Source of the DNA: an uncultured Draconibacterium sp.
GTDB lineage: Bacteria; Bacteroidota; Bacteroidia; Bacteroidales; FEN-979
DNA length: 64,000 nucleotides
Direction: 5' to 3'
Assembly (NCBI GenBank): GCA_964590675.1
Contig: CAZPWZ010000001.1
Location: forward strand, 1,024 to 65,023
Below are positions 9,967 through 18,786 of the stretch, piece after piece (the first letter of the stretch is position 1; each line of letters opens with the position of its first letter). The translations under genes and the position numbers were made by a program. The notes beneath the pieces are model-generated. The model worked only from the letters and a program-made list of their open reading frames with translations. It ran no database searches and was not told the DNA's origin.

Positions 9967-10686
9967 TTACGGCATGAAATTCTTATCAATGAATTCCTGG
10001 AAATTACTTTTATACTGCTGGCTCACCGGGATGATAACGCCATCGTCATAGACAATTTCATTCCGTTCGATGACATTGATCTTACGGAGGTTCACGATAT
10101 ACGATTTGTGAACCCGCATGAACATGTTTTCAGGCAGCTGGGCTTCCAGCGATTTCAGGCTGAGCAGCGACATGATGGGTTTTCCATGGGTCAGGTGGAT
10201 CCTTACATACTCGCTCATGCCCTGGATGTACCTGATTTCATTAAAATCAATCCGAACGATCTTATATTCCGATTTAATGAAGAGGAACTCCTTGTTCGAC
10301 TGAACGCTTAAATTTTTACCCCTGCGTGCATAAATCCAGTCTTTTGCTTTATTGACAGCCTTTAGAAATTCGGGGTAGTCAATGGGTTTTAACAGGTAAT
10401 CAATGGCATCGACCCGGAAGCCTTCCAGGGCATATTGATCGTAAGCTGTTGTAAAAATAAGGGCGGGCGGGTATTTTAATCCTTTCACAAGGTCAAGTCC
10501 CGACAGATCCGGCATCTGGATATCAATAAAAAGCAGGTCGGTTTCATTTTCAGAAAGGTATTCAAATGCCCTCACCGGATGAGTGAACTTTGCACTGAGC
10601 TCAAGGAAGGGAGTTTGTTTAACATGCCCTTCGATCACACTGATGGCAAGTGGTTCGTCGTCAATAATCACACAGTTAATTATCAT
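9967..10686 (-). CDS. LytTR-family response regulator (REC + LytTR DNA-binding domain)
   Basis: REC motifs (IIDDEP, DLLFIDIQMPDLSG, IFTTAY, YLLKP) and a C-terminal LytTR-type domain (VRIHLTHGKPIMSLLSLKSLE...FMRVHKSYIVN). Confidence 0.85.
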   Translation of the reverse strand: MIINCVIIDDEPLAISVIEGHVKQTPFLELSAKFTHPVRAFEYLSENETDLLFIDIQMPDLSGLDLVKGLKYPPALIFTTAYDQYALEGFRVDAIDYLLKPIDYPEFLKAVNKAKDWIYARRGKNLSVQSNKEFLFIKSEYKIVRIDFNEIRYIQGMSEYVRIHLTHGKPIMSLLSLKSLEAQLPENMFMRVHKSYIVNLRKINVIERNEIVYDDGVIIPVSQQYKSNFQEFIDKNFMP

Positions 10687-11861
10687 GCCAGCGGGATATT
10701 AAGTTCAACTGTAAATATTTTTTCAGTTTCACGCACTGATAATTTGTACCGGTCATTGAACAGAAGTTCCAGTCTTTGTTTACTGTTCTGTAATCCCAGG
10801 CCTCCCTGGCTTTTTGTTTCCCTCTTGCCGGTGATGCTGTTCAAACAGGTAAAGGATAAGGTGTCGGATGTAACCTCAAAAATGACATGGATAAAGCTTT
10901 TTTGCTGGTAACTGGCGCCGTACTTGAAGGCGTTTTCAATATAGGAGATGAAGAGCATAACGGGAATTTCGACATCGGTGTACTTTTCAGGAATATCGAG
11001 ATTTACGTTGATGTCATTGTCAAAACGGATGATCATCAGGTCGACATAACTTTTTATGAACTCAAATTCCTTACTGAGGGTCACCTTACCATTGCTGTTT
11101 TCATATAACATGTACCGCATAAGTTTCGACAGCTTCATAACTGCCTGTTTGGATTTTTGAGTATCGGTATCGATCAGGGCATAGATGTTATTCAATGTAT
11201 TCATGAAAAAATGGGGACTTACCTGGTTGCGGAGCATGGCCAGTTGAACCTTGGTATTTTCTTTTTCGAGCCTGATCTTGTCTTCCTCATTGCGATGCCA
11301 GTTTTTGGTCAATGACAATCCGGTATCGACTGCGACAATCAGCAATGAAAACATAAGCAGATCGGCATAGGGAGGTACTGGAGATGGTTTTTTCGATGAG
11401 GGCTCTCGCTGCTCCAGCTGCCTTGGAGGTTCATTGCGTTCATCCGGCCGTGGTGGATTTATACCTTCTTCCGCCATTCGCCTTTCGATCCGGTCGGTTG
11501 CCCTGCGCGGCCTTGCCTTTTGCGGTATATCATGGAAGTAATACGCCAGTGTAGAGAGCATGATGATCAAAGCCGCCAGACCAGTATATAATTTATATCT
11601 TTTTTTCAGCATAAGCCTGGGAACCAATACCCAGTGATTGATGATGAATATTGGAATAAGCAACACCCTGTCCTGCCAGATCTTAAAGACATTGGTCCAG
11701 CTTATGCCTCCATCCACTTTTGTAAATAGGACAGGCAGCATGAAAAGCAGCAGAAAGATGAAGCTCATCAGCAGGATGTCGATGTTGTGTATGCCGAAAA
11801 GCTTCCTGTTTTTTGCCATGAACCTGAAATTGTTCCTGATGCCGGGGTAAAACCCAACCAT
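10683..11861 (-). CDS. LytS/YehU-type membrane sensor histidine kinase
   Basis: N-terminal TM helices. His_kinase motif QVSPHFFMNTLNNI and a C-terminal ATPase (GGLGLQN). 4-nt overlap with the response regulator. Confidence 0.8.
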   Translation of the reverse strand: MVGFYPGIRNNFRFMAKNRKLFGIHNIDILLMSFIFLLLFMLPVLFTKVDGGISWTNVFKIWQDRVLLIPIFIINHWVLVPRLMLKKRYKLYTGLAALIIMLSTLAYYFHDIPQKARPRRATDRIERRMAEEGINPPRPDERNEPPRQLEQREPSSKKPSPVPPYADLLMFSLLIVAVDTGLSLTKNWHRNEEDKIRLEKENTKVQLAMLRNQVSPHFFMNTLNNIYALIDTDTQKSKQAVMKLSKLMRYMLYENSNGKVTLSKEFEFIKSYVDLMIIRFDNDINVNLDIPEKYTDVEIPVMLFISYIENAFKYGASYQQKSFIHVIFEVTSDTLSFTCLNSITGKRETKSQGGLGLQNSKQRLELLFNDRYKLSVRETEKIFTVELNIPLA

Positions 11862-11920
11862 GATTTAAAAGGAGATGATAAAAGTATCAAATAAACGTAA
11901 ATTCATGGATCATTTCAAAG

Positions 11921-11984
11921 AGGAATCAACGAAACAGGAGTTTTTATCAGTGAAATGAATGAAACAGGCAGTTTTGTCAGTGAA
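11921..11984. promoter_or_regulatory. Tandem 30-bp direct repeats upstream of the LytS/LytTR operon (candidate autoregulatory LytTR sites)
   Basis: GAAACAGGAGTTTTTATCAGTGAA (11931-11954) and GAAACAGGCAGTTTTGTCAGTGAA (11961-11984), 70-120 bp upstream of start 11861. Confidence 0.4.
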
Positions 11985-12092
11985 CGGTCGAAAAAAAACT
12001 CTCAGTTTTTTAACCGGATGATTGTCATCCAACCATGAGTTGATTTGCAGGATGAAAACTTTATCTGAAACCCATCCTCCCTGTCAAACGGA

Positions 12093-12217
12093 GGAAAGAC
12101 CGATCGTATTGACCATCAAAGGCCAATTTAAAAAGACCATCTCAATTCATTGATTTTATAAGGTTGAAAAGGCCGGACTAAACCGGCAAAGGGTGGTCAA
12201 CTGGTCCGGCCCGTCCA
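12093..12217 (+). repeat. Dispersed intergenic TIR repeat, copy A (diverged)
   Basis: GGAAAGACCGATCGTATTGACCATC ... CCGGCAAAGGGTGGTCAACTGGTCCGGCCCGTCCA. Shares the termini and internal TTGACCA/GGTGGTCA blocks with copies C, D, F and I. Confidence 0.55.
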
Positions 12218-12241
12218 ACCTTGGCTTTGAATTCTGCGCTG

Positions 12242-12249
12242 TAATTTTG
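12242..12249 (+). promoter_or_regulatory. Candidate -7 box (TAATTTTG)
   Basis: TAnnTTTG match 25 bp right of repeat copy A and about 113 bp upstream of ATG 12362. Confidence 0.3.
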
Positions 12250-12316
12250 TCTTTTTTTCTCATCATGACAGTAAATTTCAGGGTTTGTTTGTAAACCTTA
12301 ACTAACTGTCCTACTT

Positions 12317-13204
12317 TTGGTAAGTACTATAGTCTCATTTCAACAATCATTGGACAAAAAAATGAGAAAACTATTAATTTTTTTATTGGGGGTATATTTT
12401 AGTAGCTGGACATTTGGACAATCCAATGATGCTCCACCGCAAACCAAAATAATGACACTTGGTGTTTTTCATTTTGCCTATCCCAATCTGGATGCTGTTA
12501 AAACTGCAGATAAAGATAAAATATCAGTACTTGACGAACCTTATCAGTCTGAAATTATGGCTGTTTGTAAAGCCATATGTTATTATAAACCAACCATCAT
12601 TGCTGTTGAAGCCGGGCCGGAAGAGCAATCTAAAATAGACTCTCTGTACTCATTATACAGGAATAATAAATTCAAATTAGGCAAGGGTGAAATTTTTCAA
12701 CTAGGTTTTAGAATCGGAAAGACCTTGAGTTTACCAAAAATTTATTGTGTAGATGACTGGGGCAGGCATTACGATAATATTGAAGGATTATTTAAAGACA
12801 GTATCCGGTTAGCTAAATTTGAAGATTATTTCGCACACTCACCCGATTCCATTTACAGAACTGCAAGTACCTCAAATAAAGTTTCAAGTATAATTAGTGA
12901 ATTGAAAGAGCTGAATGAACCCAATCAGATTAAAGAGAGGTTATCATTCTATTTACTGAATCTTTTCAAGTATGAAGAGCAACCCGGAGATTTTACAGGG
13001 GTTGACTTTGAGACAGGCAGATGGTTTAATCGCAACCTGAGAATATTTCGAAATATTCAAAGAATACCCCGCAGTGCTGATGACAGAATTTTACTGATCA
13101 TTGGAGGAGAGCACCTAAATCTGTTAAACCTGTTTTTTGATATTTCAAAAGAATTTGAGTTTACTTCACCTTTGCCATTTATAGAAAGAGCAAGAAATAA
13201 TTAA
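12317..13204 (+). CDS. Secreted hypothetical protein (possibly TraB/GumN-like, DUF5694-like); probable start ATG 12362
   Basis: The signal peptide MRKLLIFLLGVYFSSWTFGQ begins at codon 16. MTLGVFHFAYPNLD...IIAVEAGPEEQ recalls DUF5694-type proteins, from memory only. Confidence 0.5.
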   Translation: MVSTIVSFQQSLDKKMRKLLIFLLGVYFSSWTFGQSNDAPPQTKIMTLGVFHFAYPNLDAVKTADKDKISVLDEPYQSEIMAVCKAICYYKPTIIAVEAGPEEQSKIDSLYSLYRNNKFKLGKGEIFQLGFRIGKTLSLPKIYCVDDWGRHYDNIEGLFKDSIRLAKFEDYFAHSPDSIYRTASTSNKVSSIISELKELNEPNQIKERLSFYLLNLFKYEEQPGDFTGVDFETGRWFNRNLRIFRNIQRIPRSADDRILLIIGGEHLNLLNLFFDISKEFEFTSPLPFIERARNN

Positions 13205-13385
13205 AAAACGGGTGCAATCGAGCAGGCTGCCCCGTGGAACGATCGTAGTTCCTGACCCCCCTCCAGATTTTCACCGGCAATTTTCCGCTCTCCGGCGGGA
13301 GGTTTATTGCGTCAATCGAAATCACCTCGACCTCACCTCCATTCCGGTATATCTTTGCTTCATCAACCTCAAAAGAAAAATCAAA

Positions 13386-13778
13386 ATGAAAGCAATCAAC
13401 ACCCTCCAAACCCTGATCTTAACCGGAATGCTTCTTATATCAGTAAACACATTGTTTGCATCAACCGATTCCGATTCAAAGGAACTGAGCAATGAAGCAG
13501 CTTCTGTAAATATCAGCATTTTGGCCACGTTAGCCCCGGCAGTTGCACCATTTGAGGAAATTACAGAATCAACCGTATCATGCCTGACCATTTCAACTTT
13601 CGCTCCTGTCGCCCCGGAAGAGGCAACATTTGAAGATGCACCGGATGCCGGAATGGTATTTGATGGCCTTGCTCCGGTTCTGCCAGCTTTTGCATCTTTT
13701 GAGGATGAAATTACAACCACAATGATCGATATTGCATCCTTGGCCCCGGCTACACCGCTATTCGCCGATTTCGAATAG
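13386..13778 (+). CDS. Small secreted acidic repeat protein
   Basis: Signal peptide MKAINTLQTLILTGMLLISVNTLFAS, then four LAPxxPxFE(D/E)-type repeats. The ORF-track start at 13212 is probably a 5' over-extension. Confidence 0.5.
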   Translation: MKAINTLQTLILTGMLLISVNTLFASTDSDSKELSNEAASVNISILATLAPAVAPFEEITESTVSCLTISTFAPVAPEEATFEDAPDAGMVFDGLAPVLPAFASFEDEITTTMIDIASLAPATPLFADFE

Positions 13779-13809
13779 CCCTCAACATATTTCCCGCATA
13801 CGTTTCTGA

Positions 13810-13836
13810 AACCGCTCCAAAAGGGCGGTTTTTTTT
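13810..13836 (+). terminator. Rho-independent terminator candidate
   Basis: AACCGC tccaaaagg GCGGTT followed by a run of T, directly after the stop at 13778. Confidence 0.6.
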
Positions 13837-13861
13837 GTGCGCGCCTGCAACAGGCAATGTT

Positions 13862-15124
13862 TCATTTATACCTGCCGGCACACACGACATACAGCTTTCC
13901 ATCGCTGCCTGTGGTTAACTTGTAATAGGTGGTCTTATAATACAACCCACTCTTGTCGGGCTTTGTATAGATATAATCTTCCCAGCCGGTTCCATGAGCA
14001 AGCGCCCCGCTGATGATCTCATCCCGGAATGGTTTTCCGGCGGCATCCGTCTTCCCTTTAAAATTAACCCCTACCAGCAGCGAATTGGTTGCATGCGCCA
14101 TCATGGTGACGGCCGTATCATATACGAAGGTGTATAAGGAAGCATTATCCGGATCAATATAGGGTGCCGCTCCCCTGTTTATTTCTTCTATGGTAACAGG
14201 AGCGTTCAGTTCAAATTGTACGGAAGTTAAATTTACAAGGTCAATAACCATTTTTTCTGTGATACTATCTTCTACATGTTCAATGACCTTGTACTTATTG
14301 AGGATTTTTTCATACACGCTGCTCCCGTCCACGGTCTTGTCCTTCTTGAATGCATCGAGGGTGGCCTGTAAATATTCAATCAAGGCGTCGGAGGTGCCTG
14401 AATTGAATGCATAATACAATTGTGATACAGCCAGGGTATATGCGATATCGAAGTCCGCCGGATTATAACCCAGGGAGGCAACTACCAGCGCATGACTTAT
14501 CTCCGTATAGGCAATACAATCAAAAGAATCATCCGCCAGCCCTGAATACAGATCAGCCATGTCATCCACTTCGATGAGCTTCGTTTGCGGAACACCCAGG
14601 TTAAGCAACAGGTTGATACTGCTGTATCCTTTAATCACACCGATCGTGTGGGTGGCCAGTTCAGCGGCATTGCCGATGGCAATGTGGGCTGATTTCAAAG
14701 CAATAATCACGTCCTTCTGAGGTGCGATGGGGCCAACCCATTTAAAAAGACTTTCCCGCTCAGGAATCCGTACAACTGAAAACAACATGGTTTTGGGCTG
14801 GTTCAGTGTCCTTTGATATACTGTTTCCCATTGATCGATTGCCAGAGAAATGCCGGTGGGTCCGATCTGCATTTTTGCTAACATGCCATGAAGGATATCT
14901 GACGATACACCATAAATTTCACCGTCATACTCGTAATTAAATGGCGGATAATTTTCTGTCAAAAAAGAAATTGCTTTCATCTCGCCGGCATAATCCGGTG
15001 CATCATTCTTGTCTTTTTTGCACCCCGGTAAAACCAATATGATCATCACCGCAAGCACAATGAACTGGATGATCCAAACAGGATGATTCCGCCGGTTTAC
15101 CTGCCTGTTATTAATTGTTGCCAT
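13862..15124 (-). CDS. Lipoprotein: solute-binding (SBP_bac_3-like) domain fused to a Cache-like sensor domain
   Basis: Lipobox LVLPGCKKD. The N-terminal half resembles amino-acid-binding SBPs. The C-terminus (GKPFRDEIISGALAHGTGWEDYIYTKP...VVCAGRY) resembles sCache domains. Confidence 0.55.
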   Translation of the reverse strand: MATINNRQVNRRNHPVWIIQFIVLAVMIILVLPGCKKDKNDAPDYAGEMKAISFLTENYPPFNYEYDGEIYGVSSDILHGMLAKMQIGPTGISLAIDQWETVYQRTLNQPKTMLFSVVRIPERESLFKWVGPIAPQKDVIIALKSAHIAIGNAAELATHTIGVIKGYSSINLLLNLGVPQTKLIEVDDMADLYSGLADDSFDCIAYTEISHALVVASLGYNPADFDIAYTLAVSQLYYAFNSGTSDALIEYLQATLDAFKKDKTVDGSSVYEKILNKYKVIEHVEDSITEKMVIDLVNLTSVQFELNAPVTIEEINRGAAPYIDPDNASLYTFVYDTAVTMMAHATNSLLVGVNFKGKTDAAGKPFRDEIISGALAHGTGWEDYIYTKPDKSGLYYKTTYYKLTTGSDGKLYVVCAGRYK

Positions 15125-15185
15125 GTTTCGAATGTCTTATGCAAAAGTAAACTATATTGCATTGCTTATCCTACGGGTTGCCCGG

Positions 15186-15321
15186 ATCCATGTCGGGATA
15201 AAATGCACGCGCTGACCTATCTTCACAATTGCAAACTGACCACCCAAAGACATTGATTGTTAACAGGATGGCATGGTCCACACTATCCGGCAGAGAGTGG
15301 TCAGGTGCACCGGCATATCCA
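15186..15321 (+). repeat. Dispersed intergenic TIR repeat, copy B (left end degenerate)
   Basis: CTGACCACCCAAAGACATTGATTGTTAACAGGATGGCATGGTCCACACTATCCGGCAGAGAGTGGTCAGGTGCACCGGCATATCCA is nearly collinear with copies C-left and D. Confidence 0.6.
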
Positions 15322-15340
15322 GCTTTTTCATTATAGTTTG

Positions 15341-15348
15341 TATATTTG
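15341..15348 (+). promoter_or_regulatory. Candidate -7 box (TATATTTG)
   Basis: TAnnTTTG match 20 bp right of repeat copy B and about 90 bp upstream of ATG 15438. Confidence 0.3.
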
Positions 15349-15437
15349 GTGCGCTAAAAACCAAATGAGTTCAGCACACCGTTGACATTCATTGTGAGTG
15401 ACCTCATGGGTATAAAAATTAACTTTAAACACATACT

Positions 15438-16553
15438 ATGAAAAATTCAATCAAATTATTCGGACTATTATTATTCCTTTTGACAGGAAATTTTGATGCG
15501 TCAGCTTGTACCGGCATTCGGCTGATAGCAAAAGATGGCGGGGTAGTTTATGCGAGAACCATGGAATGGGGAGCATTTGATTTACATTCCCGGGTAGCTT
15601 TAATCCCCGTTGGTTATACGTTTACAGGACTTACGCCTGATGGCAGTAACGGTAAGAAGTTTACGGTTAAACACGGTATAGCAGGGCTTGATATGCTTGG
15701 GAAAGATTATATTGCGGACGGCATGAACGAAAAAGGTTTGGCTGTAGGGTTATTTTATCACCCGGGATATGCAAAATATCCGGAATACAATAAAGCCAAC
15801 GCTGCAAATTGCATTTCGGCCCAGGATGTAACTACTTATATTTTATCTCAGTTTTCCAGCATCAATGAAGTAAAAGCAGGTATGAAGGAAATTACGGTTG
15901 TAGGTGTTGTTGAAAAAGCAATCGGAATTGTTGTTGATGCGCATTGGATGGTTACTGACAATTCAGGGACTTCAATTGTGATAGAATTTACCGGGGGAGA
16001 ATTAAGGATTCATGATGCACCGCTGGGTGTTATAACCAATGCCCCAAACTACGATTGGCATATGACCAATTTGAGCAATTATTTAAATCTTTCCATGTTT
16101 TCATTGGAACCCAGGACCTTGTCCGGAGTTAAGTTTGCTCCAACTGGCGCCGGGTCCGGAATGATCGGGCTTCCCGGCGACAATACACCCCCTTCACGAT
16201 TTGTCAGAGCGGTTACATGGACACAATCTGCAAGGAAAATTGAGAATGCAAAGGAAGGTATTTACGAAGCTTTTCGAATACTTGACAACTTCAATTTACC
16301 CTTAGGGCCTGACGGTGCAGAAGGTTCGGGAGCAGGACAAAATATGGATATCATGAGAAGCTCCACAATATGGACAACAGCATGGAACCTGACCGACATG
16401 ACTTTGAATTTCCACACCCAGCACAATAGAAGAGTAAGGAGTGTCAACATCAAAGAGATTGATTTTTCGAAAATCGGTAATGAAATTGTTCATATTGCAT
16501 TTGATGAGAAGAAAGAACAGGATATTTTAAATATAACACCTGACTTTAAATAG
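15438..16553 (+). CDS. Choloylglycine hydrolase / linear amide C-N hydrolase family (Ntn hydrolase)
   Basis: The signal peptide ends ...FDASA, followed immediately by CTGIRL (N-terminal nucleophile Cys). Size (371 aa) and overall pattern fit the bile-salt-hydrolase/penicillin-V-acylase family. Confidence 0.75.
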   Translation: MKNSIKLFGLLLFLLTGNFDASACTGIRLIAKDGGVVYARTMEWGAFDLHSRVALIPVGYTFTGLTPDGSNGKKFTVKHGIAGLDMLGKDYIADGMNEKGLAVGLFYHPGYAKYPEYNKANAANCISAQDVTTYILSQFSSINEVKAGMKEITVVGVVEKAIGIVVDAHWMVTDNSGTSIVIEFTGGELRIHDAPLGVITNAPNYDWHMTNLSNYLNLSMFSLEPRTLSGVKFAPTGAGSGMIGLPGDNTPPSRFVRAVTWTQSARKIENAKEGIYEAFRILDNFNLPLGPDGAEGSGAGQNMDIMRSSTIWTTAWNLTDMTLNFHTQHNRRVRSVNIKEIDFSKIGNEIVHIAFDEKKEQDILNITPDFK

Positions 16554-16752
16554 CACCTAAACAACGAAATGCCCGCAACCGGCAACTTTTCATACCGCCG
16601 CACCTAGGCACCAATGGTAAAAAACCGGCACAAACATGAGTTTAAAACTAGAAACACTGGTTATTGAGAGGTTTATTGTAAAGAAAGTTAATCAGGAAGA
16701 TTGTGAGATTTAATTAAAAGAATCCAGGAAAAACTGCAACCTTCGATGAAAA

Positions 16753-16778
16753 AAGGGAGAACGTTTCCGCCCTCCCTT
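16753..16778. terminator. Weak hairpin, possible terminator downstream of 16799..17689
   Basis: AAGGGAG-N12-CTCCCTT, 20 bp beyond the stop of the minus-strand NERD gene. Confidence 0.25.
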
Positions 16779-16798
16779 CGCTTGAAAAGAGTCCCTGG

Positions 16799-17689
16799 TT
16801 AAAGGGTGACAGTCATTTGATCGGAATGCCCCGGAAAATCGGTTGCTTTTGCGAGGATGGTCACATCGGTTAGATCCGGTACTTCGATGGTGGCGGTAAA
16901 GTCATAGTTACCCGTAATGGGGTCCAAGGTACACGCACCCTCCTCGATCATCTCGTTGTCGGCGCCGAAGATCTGGACCATCACCGAGGATATTTCAAAG
17001 TCATCGCCTGCCGTGACGATGATCTTGTCGCCCGGGTTGCCGGCATAACCTGAAACATCCACCTGATCGACAAACGGCGGTTTCAGCAATTCGGTAAGCA
17101 CTGAGATCCGGGCCTCATCCAGGGTTTCCCATTTAATGCGCATGGCGACATTCCGCTCATCCTGTTTTTCATAGAATTCTGCAATCTGTTCCCTTTGTGA
17201 ATCCATGATCATCGGCAGCCATTCCTTCTCACACCCCCGGTGCCACATATATTTATACTCCATCCCATCGCAATCAAACACACATTCCGGAAAGCACACA
17301 ACGGAACCCACAAAAATATTGAGTTGCCCCTTTTCCCGCAGGAAACTCTGTATCGCATGCGCATTTTCATCCGCCTGGACGAAAGGGTTTTTAACCGGAT
17401 CCCGGTGATCATCTCCCGTGAGGCGGTAAAATCCATGATCATGATGATCAGCAGAACCATAGCCCATGATCCCACCCTTAACCTCCACCACCATGATTCC
17501 CAGCCTGGAGAAAATCACAAAATCACACTCCCCCGACATCTGCACCCGGTGATAACGGGATGAAATACGCAAGCTGTGCATCACGGTTAATGGCTCATCT
17601 TCCATTTTTGCCGGAAGCAACAGCTGCCTGTCGGCCTCGCGTTCTCCATCATTGGTGATCTGCCAGGGATTATATAGGCGTTTGATCAT
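16799..17689 (-). CDS. NERD (nuclease-related domain) protein with C-terminal Ig-like beta-sandwich
   Basis: GECDFVIFSRLGIMVVEVKGG ... NPFVQADENAHAIQSFL matches the NERD pattern. The last ~90 aa (VSGYAGNPGDKIIVTAGDDFEISSV...TILAKATDFPGHSDQMTVTL) look like an Ig-like domain. Confidence 0.65.
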   Translation of the reverse strand: MIKRLYNPWQITNDGEREADRQLLLPAKMEDEPLTVMHSLRISSRYHRVQMSGECDFVIFSRLGIMVVEVKGGIMGYGSADHHDHGFYRLTGDDHRDPVKNPFVQADENAHAIQSFLREKGQLNIFVGSVVCFPECVFDCDGMEYKYMWHRGCEKEWLPMIMDSQREQIAEFYEKQDERNVAMRIKWETLDEARISVLTELLKPPFVDQVDVSGYAGNPGDKIIVTAGDDFEISSVMVQIFGADNEMIEEGACTLDPITGNYDFTATIEVPDLTDVTILAKATDFPGHSDQMTVTL

Positions 17690-17742
17690 GAAACGAAGGT
17701 AATAAAATATTTCCCAAATTTCTGAACAGCCCGTCTATTCTC

Positions 17743-18504
17743 ATGATTAAAAGATTAACATTGCCGGGTAAAACACTAACAATGGATAAAATGGCTGGGA
17801 TCGTTCTAATTATTTTAGGTTCAATGCTTTTAATTATAGGTATTGTCATTTACAGTTCCTCTTCAGGTGATAAGAATAAGGAAAAACCTATTGGTGAGCC
17901 AGCCAAGGTCATTAAATTGGAGGATAAATCAAATTCCCGGTTGAAGAACGTGCCGGTAAAAACAGTGGATTCTCCGGGAAAAAATGAATATATCCCGGTC
18001 AGGAAAGTTAAACATTCAGTCAAGGAGGGCAACCCCAAAACTGCATCAACACCGGAAGAGAAGGGATATGATTTTGAAAAATACGTTATTCAGAAGTTCA
18101 ACAAAGAGTTTTTCAAGGTAAAGGAATGGGCAGGTGATAAATATGTGAAGGGTATATACGCTGAAACAACAACAAACCCTGACATGGTATTTGAATTTAA
18201 AATGAAAGATGTGACCAGGCGCTTTTCCGTTGAATGTAAATGGCGAAATAAATTGAAGGATAAAGCGGTTGAATTTTCCACACCGGAGCAATTGGAGAGA
18301 TACCGGAAATATGAAAAAGAAAATAACACGCCCGTCTATCTGGTAATGGGAATTGGTGGTAAACCTTCATACCCCGCTCATTTGTATGTTATCCCGCTGA
18401 AAAATATCAGGACATCCGTTCTACATCTGGATGAAATGCATCCCTATGAAAAAATCACCTCAAAAGATTTCTTCTACGACGTTGAAACCGGCATGCTGAG
18501 ATAG
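17743..18504 (+). CDS. Membrane-anchored PD-(D/E)xK (restriction-endonuclease-like) protein
   Basis: Single TM helix (GIVLIILGSMLLIIGIVIY), a low-complexity linker, then GYDFEKYV ... NPDMVFEF ... FSVECKWRN (E, PD and ExK catalytic signature). Alternative starts at 17782 and 17791. Confidence 0.6.
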   Translation: MIKRLTLPGKTLTMDKMAGIVLIILGSMLLIIGIVIYSSSSGDKNKEKPIGEPAKVIKLEDKSNSRLKNVPVKTVDSPGKNEYIPVRKVKHSVKEGNPKTASTPEEKGYDFEKYVIQKFNKEFFKVKEWAGDKYVKGIYAETTTNPDMVFEFKMKDVTRRFSVECKWRNKLKDKAVEFSTPEQLERYRKYEKENNTPVYLVMGIGGKPSYPAHLYVIPLKNIRTSVLHLDEMHPYEKITSKDFFYDVETGMLR

Positions 18505-18505
18505 G

Positions 18506-18746
18506 TGGATAGGCCGATTATTTTTACCATCTCTAGTCGATGCTAATCAAGCACCCCAAAGGCATTGATTGTTTACAGGATGGCTTGGTCACTAATTTCC
18601 GGCAGAGAGTGGTCAGATGTGGAAGAAACGTCTGCATAGACCAGCCCTCGCTGGAACGACTTGACCATCTCATTTTATTGATTGCTAATAGGATATGGTG
18701 GTCAATAAAAATCGGCAGAAGGTAGTCACTGACGCCGGCCTGTCCA
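18506..18746 (+). repeat. Dispersed intergenic TIR repeat, copy C (composite, about two units)
   Basis: Starts TGGATAGGCCGATTATTTTTACCATCTCT and ends GACGCCGGCCTGTCCA (inverted termini). The left half is collinear with copy D and the right half with copy I. Confidence 0.7.
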
Positions 18747-18786
18747 ATATATTGCGTTTTTGTTTTTAGGAAAAAAATGTATAATG

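Noticed and set aside
13212-13385. 5' extension of the small repeat-protein ORF (start 13212), and similar long N-terminal extensions at 38843, 40428, 53769, 54150, 56251, 62293 and 9583.
   Set aside because: In each case an internal ATG is followed immediately by a typical signal peptide or lipobox, and the upstream residues overlap intergenic repeats or promoter-like AT-rich DNA. The shorter starts are noted in the features.
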